DNA of 39,072 bases from an uncultured Rikenellaceae bacterium (GCA_964617235.1 CAZTVY010000001.1:1-39072), one strand, 5' to 3'. Positions 9,885 to 18,531 are shown, counted from the first letter of the stretch. Program-made: numbers and translations. The notes: generated from the letters alone by a model not told the origin.

Positions 9885-10712
9885 TTATCCTTTAAAACCC
9901 CGTTCCACAAACAATTTTACAATGCCCCTAAACCAACTTAACGGTAATAATCTTCTTAGTAAAAGTAATGCTGGTGCTTGAGTTCCTGCCGGATATCTTA
10001 ATCTGAAACTTCTATCCAATGCCGCTTTATAAATTTTTTTGGCTACAACTTCTGGCCCTGGTGCATTTACTCCGGCATTCTGGGTGTTCTCAAATGCAAC
10101 TTTTGAATAGTTGTCGTAATCCGTTAATCCTTCCCTTTTGAATAAATCCTGCGACCTGTCATAAAAATCGGTTTTAATTGCTCCGGGCTCAATATTCTTT
10201 ATTTTGATGTTAAAAGGACGTAATTCGTACTGCAATGCCTCTGCAAAACCTTCAACGGCCCATTTTGTTGAGTGGTAAACACTGTAAATAGGAAATGTTA
10301 TTAAGCCTCCCACAGAGGTTACATTAATAATTGTGCCCGATTTCTTTTGTCTGAAATATGGTAAGATAGCCCTTGTAACATTCATTACTCCAAAAACATT
10401 TGTATTGAACTGTCGCTGAATTTGCTCCTGCGATGCAGCCTCAAAAACACCAACCCCACCATAACCTGCGTTATTAACAACTACATCTATTCCGCCAAAC
10501 ACACTAATGGATTCTTCAATTGCAGATTGAATAGATACTGGGTCGGTTACATCTAACTTAAAAAGTTTGATACCATCAACTTTCGATAGTTCTTTTTCCT
10601 TTTCGGGTGTACGCATTGTAGCGGCCACATTCCATCCTTTCGATGCAAAATAAAGTGCGGTACTCTTTCCTATTCCCGACGATGTTCCAGTTATTAAAAC
10701 AGTTTTTTTCAT
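9885..10712 (-). CDS. Short-chain dehydrogenase/reductase
   Basis: TGTSSGIG, NNAG, YHSTK (YxxxK) and IEPG. Confidence 0.93.
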   Translation of the reverse strand: MKKTVLITGTSSGIGKSTALYFASKGWNVAATMRTPEKEKELSKVDGIKLFKLDVTDPVSIQSAIEESISVFGGIDVVVNNAGYGGVGVFEAASQEQIQRQFNTNVFGVMNVTRAILPYFRQKKSGTIINVTSVGGLITFPIYSVYHSTKWAVEGFAEALQYELRPFNIKIKNIEPGAIKTDFYDRSQDLFKREGLTDYDNYSKVAFENTQNAGVNAPGPEVVAKKIYKAALDRSFRLRYPAGTQAPALLLLRRLLPLSWFRGIVKLFVERGFKG

Positions 10713-10733
10713 AGTATTGTATTTTTATTGATT

Positions 10734-11294
10734 TTACTTATTTGAGATACCATCCCACGAATACTCAATGGCCTGCTCAAGTACTTGAAGGGTGATATTG
10801 CTATTGTTTTCGTAGTACATTTGAACCGTTGAGGCAACGCTTCCGTAAACCAACTCACCAATTAATTGTGCATCCATAGGTTTTAGCAAGCCCGACCTGA
10901 TTCCTTCAGCAAAAAATTCAATTATGGGTTGATAGTACTGCTTTGCCTGAACTTTTATATCGTCCGATATCAGTGGCGAGTGACCAAGTTGTGCTGAGAA
11001 ATTAAATGCCAATGGGTTTTGGGTATAGTAGTAGTAGAGCGATTTCCATAAAACCCAAAATTTCTCCTTATAGCCCAAATCCACATTCAGCTTGGCCACA
11101 AGCAAATCGCCAAACTCCTTCTTAACCTTTAGGTAAAGTTCGTTTACCAATTGCTCCTTACTGGCAAAGTGGTGGTAAATTGTTCCCGCTGCAACTCCCG
11201 CTTCCTTGGCAACTTGTGCCATAGGAGTTGCCTGAATACCTTGCTGCTTAATAAGCCTGAGCATTACCTCTAATATCTTGTCTTTCTTATCCAT
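10734..11294 (-). CDS. TetR/AcrR family transcriptional regulator (first gene of tetR-SDR-ALDH operon)
   Basis: HTH MAQVAKEAGVAAGTIYHHFASKEQL. Confidence 0.92.
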   Translation of the reverse strand: MDKKDKILEVMLRLIKQQGIQATPMAQVAKEAGVAAGTIYHHFASKEQLVNELYLKVKKEFGDLLVAKLNVDLGYKEKFWVLWKSLYYYYTQNPLAFNFSAQLGHSPLISDDIKVQAKQYYQPIIEFFAEGIRSGLLKPMDAQLIGELVYGSVASTVQMYYENNSNITLQVLEQAIEYSWDGISNK

Positions 11295-11300
11295 ATATAA

Positions 11301-11322
11301 ACCGACTGAATGTTCATTCGGT
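11301..11322. promoter_or_regulatory. Candidate TetR operator
   Basis: ACCGACTGAA-TG-TTCATTCGGT, a 10-bp inverted repeat with one mismatch, 6 nt upstream of the tetR start codon. Confidence 0.7.
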
Positions 11323-11424
11323 AAAGTAACGCATATTTTCTTATTTTGTTTAGTTGATTTAGACTTTTTAGCTTAAACCAATGACTGTTAAAGAAATCAA
11401 AAACGAAAACCAATACCTAGAGTC

Positions 11425-11859
11425 ATGAAAAATCTTATAATGCTGTTTTTGGTGTTATCGTCTATAAATCTATTTGCTCAAGATGTAGAAGTAGATGCTA
11501 TTAAAAAGGTTATCGACAAAGCATACATCGAAGGAATTCATAACAATGGCGATTTAAACGAAACCCGAAAAGGATTTCATCCAGGTTTCGATTTACTTAT
11601 GTTACAGAATAATCAGTTAAATAAGTTGCCAATATACAATTGGATTGAGAGCTCTGAGCGTGCTCGTAAGGAGAATCCTAATGTTCAACGTCCTAAAACC
11701 ACCGTTAACTATGTTAACATTGATATTACAGGAACTGCAGCAGTGGCAAAAATTGAATTACTCCGCGAAGGGAAATTAATTTTTACCGATTACTTAATGC
11801 TTTACAAGTTTGAGGAAGGATGGAAAATTGTAGGGAAAACATACTTCCGACATCCATAG
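11425..11859 (+). CDS. Secreted NTF2-like / putative lumazine-binding family protein
   Basis: Signal peptide ending LFAQ; AYIEG..., FHP and IDITGTAAVAK...FTDYLMLYK..EGWKIV.K pattern. Confidence 0.75.
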   Translation: MKNLIMLFLVLSSINLFAQDVEVDAIKKVIDKAYIEGIHNNGDLNETRKGFHPGFDLLMLQNNQLNKLPIYNWIESSERARKENPNVQRPKTTVNYVNIDITGTAAVAKIELLREGKLIFTDYLMLYKFEEGWKIVGKTYFRHP

Positions 11860-11884
11860 TTTGTTAGTTGTTTTGTTTGGGTTA

Positions 11885-11915
11885 AACGGGGAGTAGATTT
11901 TCTATTCCTCGTTTT
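11885..11915 (+). terminator. Intrinsic terminator
   Basis: AACGGGGAGTAG...CTATTCCTCGTT stem with G-U pairs followed by a T-rich tail, downstream of the NTF2 gene. Confidence 0.6.
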
Positions 11916-11917
11916 AT

Positions 11918-11948
11918 TTTGATAGAAAGATTATTGGCAATAAATTTG
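11918..11948 (+). promoter_or_regulatory. Sigma-A promoter for the M23 gene, overlapping a sigma54-like -24/-12 motif
   Basis: TTTG-N19-TAAATTTG; also TGGCA-ATAAAT-TTG at 11935-11948. Confidence 0.6.
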
Positions 11949-11982
11949 TTATAAATGAAATATTAATCAAACAAGTAGTATC

Positions 11983-12909
11983 ATGAAAAAACTGTCAACA
12001 ATAATATGTTCATTGATAATGGTATTATCGATAAATGGGTTTGCGCAGGAAGCTGGCAAGAAAAAACTAGAACAGGATTTTGAACAATATAAACAAAATA
12101 GAGAAACCGATTTTCAGAAATTCAAGAAACAGCGCGAGGAAGAACTAAAAAAAATGGCGCAGGAGTACCAAGATTACTATAACACCATGATGGGCTTAAA
12201 AACTTACTACGTGGAGAAAAAAGATACCGCCAAGGCAAATGCTGTAGATGATATTATTAAGTTTGAGGAAAGTATTACTTACGCCCTTGGTAAGCGAATT
12301 AAGGTAACTGAGCAGGTTAAGGTTACACCCGTGGAAGAAACAAAAGTAGAAACTACCCAAAACGAAAACACAAAACCTTACTTCCTTAAGGATGCCAACA
12401 AGCAAACAACCGAAGAGGTAAAAACTGAGGAAGTAAAGCCACAATTAAGTACCAACGAAACCCAGCCCGAAACAACCTTTACACCTCTCCCTTCAGATGG
12501 TGATGCAATTCCCGTGCTAACTCCTTTGCCTAAAGCAAAATCGAAAATTACATCGCCTTTTGGTGTGCGGATGCACCCTACACTTCACAGGCCAATAAAG
12601 CACAATGGTGTTGACTTTGGCTCTGGCCGGAATACAGAAATTTATGCTTCGGCTAATGGTAAAGTTGTACTTGCAGAATTCAACAGAAGTTTTGGAAATT
12701 ATATAATTGTAGAGCATAAAGACGGAACATCATCGCTATACGCGCACCTGGAAAGCATCCAAGCAACAAAAGGTAGCACCGTTAAAAAAGGCGATTTAAT
12801 AGGATATACTGGAAGTACAGGACGTAGTTCGGGCGCTCATTTACACTACGAGGTTAGAGTATCGGGAATTCCAGTAAATCCAGAGGGTTACTTGAAAGAG
12901 GTGAAGTAG
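11983..12909 (+). CDS. M23 family metallopeptidase (peptidoglycan endopeptidase-like) with signal peptide and N-terminal coiled coil
   Basis: ITSPFGVRMHP, HNGVD (HxxxD), YAHL and GSTGRSSGAHLHYEV (HxH). Confidence 0.9.
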   Translation: MKKLSTIICSLIMVLSINGFAQEAGKKKLEQDFEQYKQNRETDFQKFKKQREEELKKMAQEYQDYYNTMMGLKTYYVEKKDTAKANAVDDIIKFEESITYALGKRIKVTEQVKVTPVEETKVETTQNENTKPYFLKDANKQTTEEVKTEEVKPQLSTNETQPETTFTPLPSDGDAIPVLTPLPKAKSKITSPFGVRMHPTLHRPIKHNGVDFGSGRNTEIYASANGKVVLAEFNRSFGNYIIVEHKDGTSSLYAHLESIQATKGSTVKKGDLIGYTGSTGRSSGAHLHYEVRVSGIPVNPEGYLKEVK

Positions 12910-13098
12910 AACTTTATAACCTTTGTTTTGATTGGGCAGAGCCTAAGTGAAAGAATAGATTGAGGTACCAAATATGATACGAAGGCGATAGAAGACGCAC
13001 GCGAACAGGGGAGGGATACTTACAAACTTCAAACTTATTGATGACATCTTATTTTGTTAGATGAAGATGCATATCAATGCATCAAGAAAACTAAAATG

Positions 13099-13135
13099 CA
13101 AAAAGGTTAGGAAATACATTAACCTAACCTTTTTG
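13099..13135. terminator. Bidirectional intrinsic terminator
   Basis: CAAAAAGGTTAGG-N11-CCTAACCTTTTTG between convergent genes. Confidence 0.75.
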
Positions 13136-13156
13136 GAATAAGAATTTCATTTCTGT

Positions 13157-13699
13157 TTATTTCGCAGGTTCAGGAATACGTTTTACCTTAAACTTTCCTT
13201 TTACATGGTAGGGTGGAATGTCTTTCTTTACAGTTTCATAGAAATCGCCCTCGTAGGTTCCCTCAATGTATTCGCCTACAGCTCCCACCTTGTTTATGGT
13301 AACGCTACCTTGAGAACAAGAAAGGCTAAATCCATTAATTCTTTTAGTAATTAGGCCTTCATGTATAAAAACATTAGTGAACATTGTGGTTGTACCTGGT
13401 TGGGCGGTATAAATTTCCATCTCTAAATACATATAAATATTGTTGCCCAAGTCAATATCTATTGGAGCATAAATTTTTATTCCGTTTGCTTCTTTAACGT
13501 CATAGTTGGTTAAGAAGCCTTCAAAACCATCAGGGTTGCCAAGATTAAAGGTTGGGTTATTGAAAGATTTTTCTCCAACATTGAATGTTCCTGTAATGGT
13601 TATGGCGTTGCTTGCTGACTCTTCATCGTCTTTCTCACACGATACAAATGTTGCACCCACTAGGGCAAACACTACAATCAAGGGAAATAGTTTTTTCAT
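13157..13699 (-). CDS. Hypothetical lipoprotein, paralog of 33788..34324
   Basis: Lipobox FVSC followed by acidic EKDDEES; C-terminal IEGTYEG...KGKFKV.RI beta-strands. Confidence 0.8.
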   Translation of the reverse strand: MKKLFPLIVVFALVGATFVSCEKDDEESASNAITITGTFNVGEKSFNNPTFNLGNPDGFEGFLTNYDVKEANGIKIYAPIDIDLGNNIYMYLEMEIYTAQPGTTTMFTNVFIHEGLITKRINGFSLSCSQGSVTINKVGAVGEYIEGTYEGDFYETVKKDIPPYHVKGKFKVKRIPEPAK

Positions 13700-13829
13700 T
13701 ATAAATTTTTATAATTAGTGATTATAGTTGTAAAATTAATAATTTCATGCCAGTATCCAAATAATAAGAAATACCTCTGTTCGCTTATTTTCTTTAGACT
13801 TGTACGTTCCATGTCACATTGTTTTAATA

Positions 13830-13855
13830 TCGCACTCGTCTTAAGACGAGTGCGA
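13830..13855. repeat. Perfect 26-bp palindrome, REP-like or terminator
   Basis: TCGCACTCGTCTT|AAGACGAGTGCGA, 16 nt past the stop of the transglutaminase gene; no U-tract on the minus strand. Confidence 0.7.
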
Positions 13856-13871
13856 ACCGAAAAAAATACTA

Positions 13872-14759
13872 TCAGTTAAAAACAGGCACTTGGTAAAAAT
13901 CCTTCACAGAATTTGTATACTCGCTGTAGTATATAGGGTATTTTCGCTGGAAAATTGTGGGATTTTTCACATTTAACGGAACAAGCGTCAGCTTGGTTTT
14001 ATCGTTGATTGTTAGCCTTGGGCCTGCTACACCAATCCTATTATCGAAAGTAGCATCAAAATAGAACAAATACTTTGCTGCAAACTTTAAGTAGTTAGCC
14101 TTTTCTGTTTCGTTGGCAGTTCTATTTAAGCTTACAATTTTTAAATCAGCCTTATTATTCTGTACTGCTTGCTTAAACTCCACTGCACTTAGAGGAACAT
14201 TGTTTAGCACTGGAATGGCATTGAACTGTCCGTCAAGGAACACCCATTTTCTTAGTTCAGGAAGGTATACCTCAGCGGCAACGTGGCCTGCACCGTATTT
14301 TACCTTCTCAACATCGCGGGTTTTAAGTCCAATAACCCGGGCGGGTAATCCAATACTGTTGAGAGCCGCAGCGCTAACAATTCCATACTCAACGCATCGG
14401 AAGCTTTTACCGGTTTTTGCTTCTTCCAGAATTGATATTGCATCGGATTTTTGTGGCTGGTTACTTCCGCTATGGTTCCATTGCTGGCGAGTCCATTGCA
14501 GAATTAGCAAAACCTTCTCGAATTCACTATTTGCTTTTTGGGTTAGGGTATCGAGACCATAATTAACTCTTAGTTTTCGGAGATACTCGTTTCCAGCCGT
14601 ATCGGAATAAACAAACCTATAGCTGGGGTTGATATCATCGGAAAATGAAACATCAACAATTTTGGGCGAAGGGCTATAATTTATCATACTAAAAAATGAA
14701 ACACAGCCCGATAAAAGGATTGCGAAGGCAAAAAATGTAATAACAGCAAATTTTTTCAT
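13872..14759 (-). CDS. Transglutaminase-like domain lipoprotein
   Basis: Lipobox LSGC; Cys-His-Asp triad pattern FRCVEYG...GLPAR...GHVAAEVY...WVFLD. Confidence 0.85.
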   Translation of the reverse strand: MKKFAVITFFAFAILLSGCVSFFSMINYSPSPKIVDVSFSDDINPSYRFVYSDTAGNEYLRKLRVNYGLDTLTQKANSEFEKVLLILQWTRQQWNHSGSNQPQKSDAISILEEAKTGKSFRCVEYGIVSAAALNSIGLPARVIGLKTRDVEKVKYGAGHVAAEVYLPELRKWVFLDGQFNAIPVLNNVPLSAVEFKQAVQNNKADLKIVSLNRTANETEKANYLKFAAKYLFYFDATFDNRIGVAGPRLTINDKTKLTLVPLNVKNPTIFQRKYPIYYSEYTNSVKDFYQVPVFN

Positions 14760-14818
14760 TGTAGCGAATTTTAAAAATTGGAAGCAATTTAATTATCTTT
14801 ATCCAAATTCAAAATCCA

Positions 14819-15792
14819 ATGAGGTTGTTCCTGCTAAATATATTTCTGGCTGCTTTTTGCCTTGCAGGATCTCTTTGGTACAACTCCACATTTACTCATA
14901 AACTAGAATTTGATTCTCACCCTATTACAATTACTGAAAAAACTGAAAGCGATATCATAAATATTCCGCTTATTAGGGCTGGTAAGTTGCTGCTAATTGA
15001 AGCAAAAATCGACGATAAGATTGGGAACCTTGTATTCGATACAGGCTCGGCAGGTCTGGTACTCAACTCAACCTACTTTCGCGATTATGTTAAAACTGAA
15101 AACTCTGTATCGCACGGAATTACAGGCTCCATTGGCTCAACACATAGCATTACCACCGATAGTATTTGTTTGGCGATTTGCTTTACCGCAATGTAAGAGC
15201 AGATTTGGTTGACCTTGGACATATTGAGAATAGCCGAGGAATAAGGGTTTATGGACTTATCGGCTTTAGCCATTTACGCAACTACGAGGTTATTATCGAT
15301 ATTAAAAACAGTCAACTTACGCTTATTAGGGTTGATAGGAAAGGGAATAAGCTAAATAATTCCGATTTTACTTTTAAACCCGATATTGTTGAAAGCATTG
15401 AGGAGTCCAACAACATTGTGTTTTTTACTGGTCAAGTTGCCGGTAAGCCTGTTAAGTTTTGCTTTGATACAGGAGCCGAGATAAGTTCCATAAGTACTTC
15501 GTTACCGCGGAGCATACTTAACACAATCTCCATAACCCGCCGTACAAGTTTAATGGGTGCTGGTGCGGTAAGGCGCGATGTGCTTTTTGGCATTATAAAC
15601 GATTTTAAGCTGGGCAGTAAAAGCTACGATGGTATGGAGACTATTATTACCAACCTTTCGTCGCTGGAAAGTGTTTACAACAAACAATTTGGAGGTGTTG
15701 TTGGTTACGAGTTTTTAAGCAAGGGCATTGTAAGCATTAACATCCGTAAAAAGCAGATGGGTATTTGTTACTATAATACCGAGGAGAAATGA
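14819..15792 (+). pseudogene. Secreted two-domain retropepsin-like aspartyl protease, split by a -1 frameshift near 15164-15168 (ORFs 14819..15196 and 15166..15792)
   Basis: ORF1 has a signal peptide and FDTGS. ORF2 has the GLIG motif completing domain 1, then a second domain with FDTGA...GVVG. Adding one T to ATTTG gives a continuous ...TTDSILFGDLLYRN... of about 324 aa. Confidence 0.8.
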
Positions 15793-17228
15793 GAATGAAA
15801 CTAAAAATACTATTGCTTTGCGCATACCTACTAGTAACGGTAGTTGCTTGGAGTCAAACCAATCCTAAAAATTCGTGTCGAATTGTGGACGATAGGCTTG
15901 TTTTTACCTATAACCTAAACTGGACCGATAATCAAAAGAAAGAATTTACTGTTTTATTTGATATTGATAGCGCTGTAATTGCAAATATAAAAAAGGGAAC
16001 TACAGAATTTACTGCTAATGGAGTGGTATGGAAATCAAAAAAGATATCTGCTTCAGTTATTGAATTTTCCAAACTACTCAATGAGGGTTCTGCAATTCAG
16101 CAAACGGTTGATAATATTACGTTAGAATCGAATGTAAAGTATGCCTATGAGGAGGGAACTATATTTGCCAACTACGGAGTAAATCGTTTTGATGACGAGG
16201 ATGCGTTTAATTACAAAAACGGCGTGGCTCACTTTTTCCTTCCCGATAACAATAATGCTAAACGGGTTTATATTTCGGGTTCGTTCAACGCTTGGAGCAC
16301 AATGAAAACCCCAATGCAAAAAATTGAGAATGGCTGGGTTGTTAGCATTAAACTTCAACCCGGAAAATATACCTACAAGTACATTGTTGATGGACGATGG
16401 ATGCACGACCCAAATAATAAGCAACGCGAAAGGAATGAGCATGGAAGCTACAATTCAGCGGTATATTGCTACAACCATAAATTTACCCTGAATGCTTTTC
16501 CAAATGCCAAAAAGGTAATGCTTGCAGGCAGTTTCAACAATTGGAATCCAAACGATTTGAAACTTGAGAAGACAAAAGAAGGCTGGGAAATTCCAATGTT
16601 TCTAAGGGAAGGAACCCATGCCTACAAGTACATAGTTGATAATAACTGGGTGCTCGACCCAACAAATAAAGTTACCCGGCCCGATGGTCGAGGAAACATT
16701 AACTCATTTATTGGAATAGGGAATTCATATACGTTTAAACTAAAAGGGTATTTAACCGCAGAAAGGGTGTTTTTGGCCGGAAATTTCAACGCATGGAACG
16801 GAGGTGAACTGTTGATGCAGAAAACTGAAGACGGTTGGATTTTGCCCTATAATTTAGCCTCGGGTAACTATGAGTACAAATTTATTGTAGATGGCAAATG
16901 GATTACCGACCCCGATAACCCAACCACAATAGGAAGCGGCAACTATACCAACTCTATTTTGGCTGTAAACCCTAACTATACTTTCAAAATAAAAGGATTT
17001 TCCAATGCCAAATCTGTATCAATATCAGGTAGTTTTAATGGATGGAACCGCGATGGTTTCCGGTTGAAAAAAACATCAAACGGTTGGGAAATATCGCTTT
17101 ACCTAAAACCAGGAAAGTACACCTATAAACTGATTGTTGATGGCGAGTGGTTACTCGACGCCGATAATAAACTTTGGGAGCAAAACGAGTTTGGAACGGG
17201 GAACTCTGTGGTTTGGATAAATCCCTAA
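15789..17228 (+). CDS. Secreted protein with four tandem CBM48/AMPK-beta-type glycogen-binding (E-set) domains
   Basis: Signal peptide ending AWSQ; four repeats of A..V..(S/A)G.FN.W...M/L.K...GW...L..G.Y.YK(Y/F/L)IVD..W..D..N starting near 16221, 16476, 16728 and 16977. Confidence 0.85.
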   Translation: MRMKLKILLLCAYLLVTVVAWSQTNPKNSCRIVDDRLVFTYNLNWTDNQKKEFTVLFDIDSAVIANIKKGTTEFTANGVVWKSKKISASVIEFSKLLNEGSAIQQTVDNITLESNVKYAYEEGTIFANYGVNRFDDEDAFNYKNGVAHFFLPDNNNAKRVYISGSFNAWSTMKTPMQKIENGWVVSIKLQPGKYTYKYIVDGRWMHDPNNKQRERNEHGSYNSAVYCYNHKFTLNAFPNAKKVMLAGSFNNWNPNDLKLEKTKEGWEIPMFLREGTHAYKYIVDNNWVLDPTNKVTRPDGRGNINSFIGIGNSYTFKLKGYLTAERVFLAGNFNAWNGGELLMQKTEDGWILPYNLASGNYEYKFIVDGKWITDPDNPTTIGSGNYTNSILAVNPNYTFKIKGFSNAKSVSISGSFNGWNRDGFRLKKTSNGWEISLYLKPGKYTYKLIVDGEWLLDADNKLWEQNEFGTGNSVVWINP

Positions 17229-17344
17229 ATCTACCTCCATTCAGCACAAATGGCTTCTTTGGCTACTTTCGTTCTGTTATTTGTATTTTTTAATTGTTGT
17301 CAAATTAATCATTTAATACAGAACAAAATCGAAGATTTTATCGT

Positions 17345-17352
17345 TAAATTTG
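17345..17352 (+). promoter_or_regulatory. -7 element (TAAATTTG) of TA operon; short IR AAAATC-GAA-GATTTT at 17325-17339 just upstream
   Basis: Consensus match 22 nt before the antitoxin ATG. Confidence 0.5.
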
Positions 17353-17374
17353 TAGTGTGTGAAAACTCGTAAAA

Positions 17375-17620
17375 ATGAATTCTGCAGAAATCAAATTGGA
17401 CTTATTTAGAAGAATTGATAGCATAAAGGAATCTGACCTTGAGAAAATATATATCGATTTCCTTAAGTTGCTGAACGCAAGGCTTCCTTATAAGTTGTCG
17501 AACGATGAAAAAGCCGCTATTGACGAAGCTCTTGAGGCAAGTCAAAAGGGCGAATCTTTTTCGCACGAAGAAGTTATTGATGAGGCGAAACGTAAATTCC
17601 CAACTTTAAATTTTAAATGA
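17375..17620 (+). CDS. Putative type II antitoxin (addiction module component)
   Basis: 81 aa with LS.DEKAAIDEALE...G...SHEEV pattern; ATGA overlap with downstream toxin. Confidence 0.75.
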   Translation: MNSAEIKLDLFRRIDSIKESDLEKIYIDFLKLLNARLPYKLSNDEKAAIDEALEASQKGESFSHEEVIDEAKRKFPTLNFK

Positions 17621-17910
17621 GAAGTTTAATTTGGAATAAATTAGCCAAAGTTGATTATTACGAAAATATTGACTACTTGCTGCGCGAATGGTCTGAAAAG
17701 GAAGCCCAAGAATTTATTGATGAGGTGCAGGAAATCGAGAATATTTTAAGAAAGGGAGTTGTTGAGTTTCAGGATACAGATAGACAAGATGTTAAACGCT
17801 GCGTTATATGCAGGCAGGTAACATTGTTTTATAGGGTTATCGATTCAAATACAATAGAACTTTTACGTTTTTGGAACAATCATAAAGATATAAAGGCATT
17901 ACATCTATAA
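17617..17910 (+). CDS. RelE/ParE family type II toxin
   Basis: IWNKLAK.DY..NIDYL..EWS...A..F; KRCVI...TLFYRV....IELLRFW. Confidence 0.8.
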   Translation: MRSLIWNKLAKVDYYENIDYLLREWSEKEAQEFIDEVQEIENILRKGVVEFQDTDRQDVKRCVICRQVTLFYRVIDSNTIELLRFWNNHKDIKALHL

Positions 17911-17972
17911 CCCTTTCTAGGCTGAAGTTTTAAAATAGACAAACGTGATTTGTGAACACAAGCAGAATTATT

Positions 17973-18473
17973 TTAAACTGTTTTTGTAACATACTCTACC
18001 GGCAAAGTAACCAGCAATGAATGGCTAATATGGTCAATTTTAAGAAGAATTTTCCTTTTACCTGAATGCTCAACAATTTCGCCAACAATTCCTTTTAGCC
18101 CACCGAATTTTACCTCAACTTTGGTTCCTGCTTCAAACTCCTCTGCTACCGTTTCAATTTCAATATCCTGAACCAATAGTTGTTTTACTTGGTCAATTTG
18201 ACGCTCAGGGATTACTGCGGCTTTACCTCCAAATGTAACATAACGGACCACGCCTGAGGTGTTTAAAACATCGTAGTATTGGCGCTGGGTTATTCTAACA
18301 AAAATGTAAGAGCTGAAAAGTGGCTCTTCAACCATTTTTTTCCTATCGCTCCATTGTTTCAAACGTTTTTGAAGCGGTAAAAATGTCTCTATACCCGCCT
18401 CAACCAAGCGAGTGTAAACCTTCTTTTCGTTTCGTGGTTTTGTGTATGCCGCTAGCCAAAAACTGTGTTCCAT
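17973..18473 (-). CDS. upxY: UpxY family transcription antiterminator (NusG paralog)
   Basis: WLAAYTKPRNEKKV, FLPL...KQWSDRKKMVEEPLFSSYIFV and KOW motif GTKVEVKFGGLKGIVG. Confidence 0.92.
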   Translation of the reverse strand: MEHSFWLAAYTKPRNEKKVYTRLVEAGIETFLPLQKRLKQWSDRKKMVEEPLFSSYIFVRITQRQYYDVLNTSGVVRYVTFGGKAAVIPERQIDQVKQLLVQDIEIETVAEEFEAGTKVEVKFGGLKGIVGEIVEHSGKRKILLKIDHISHSLLVTLPVEYVTKTV

Positions 18474-18493
18474 TTCTATTGGAATTATAAGTA

Positions 18494-18501
18494 CAAAGGT
18501 A
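18494..18501 (-). promoter_or_regulatory. -7 element (TACCTTTG) for upxY
   Basis: Plus strand CAAAGGTA, 20 nt upstream of the upxY start. Confidence 0.6.
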
Positions 18502-18531
18502 ATTATATTAAGTTTATAATGTATTTACACA

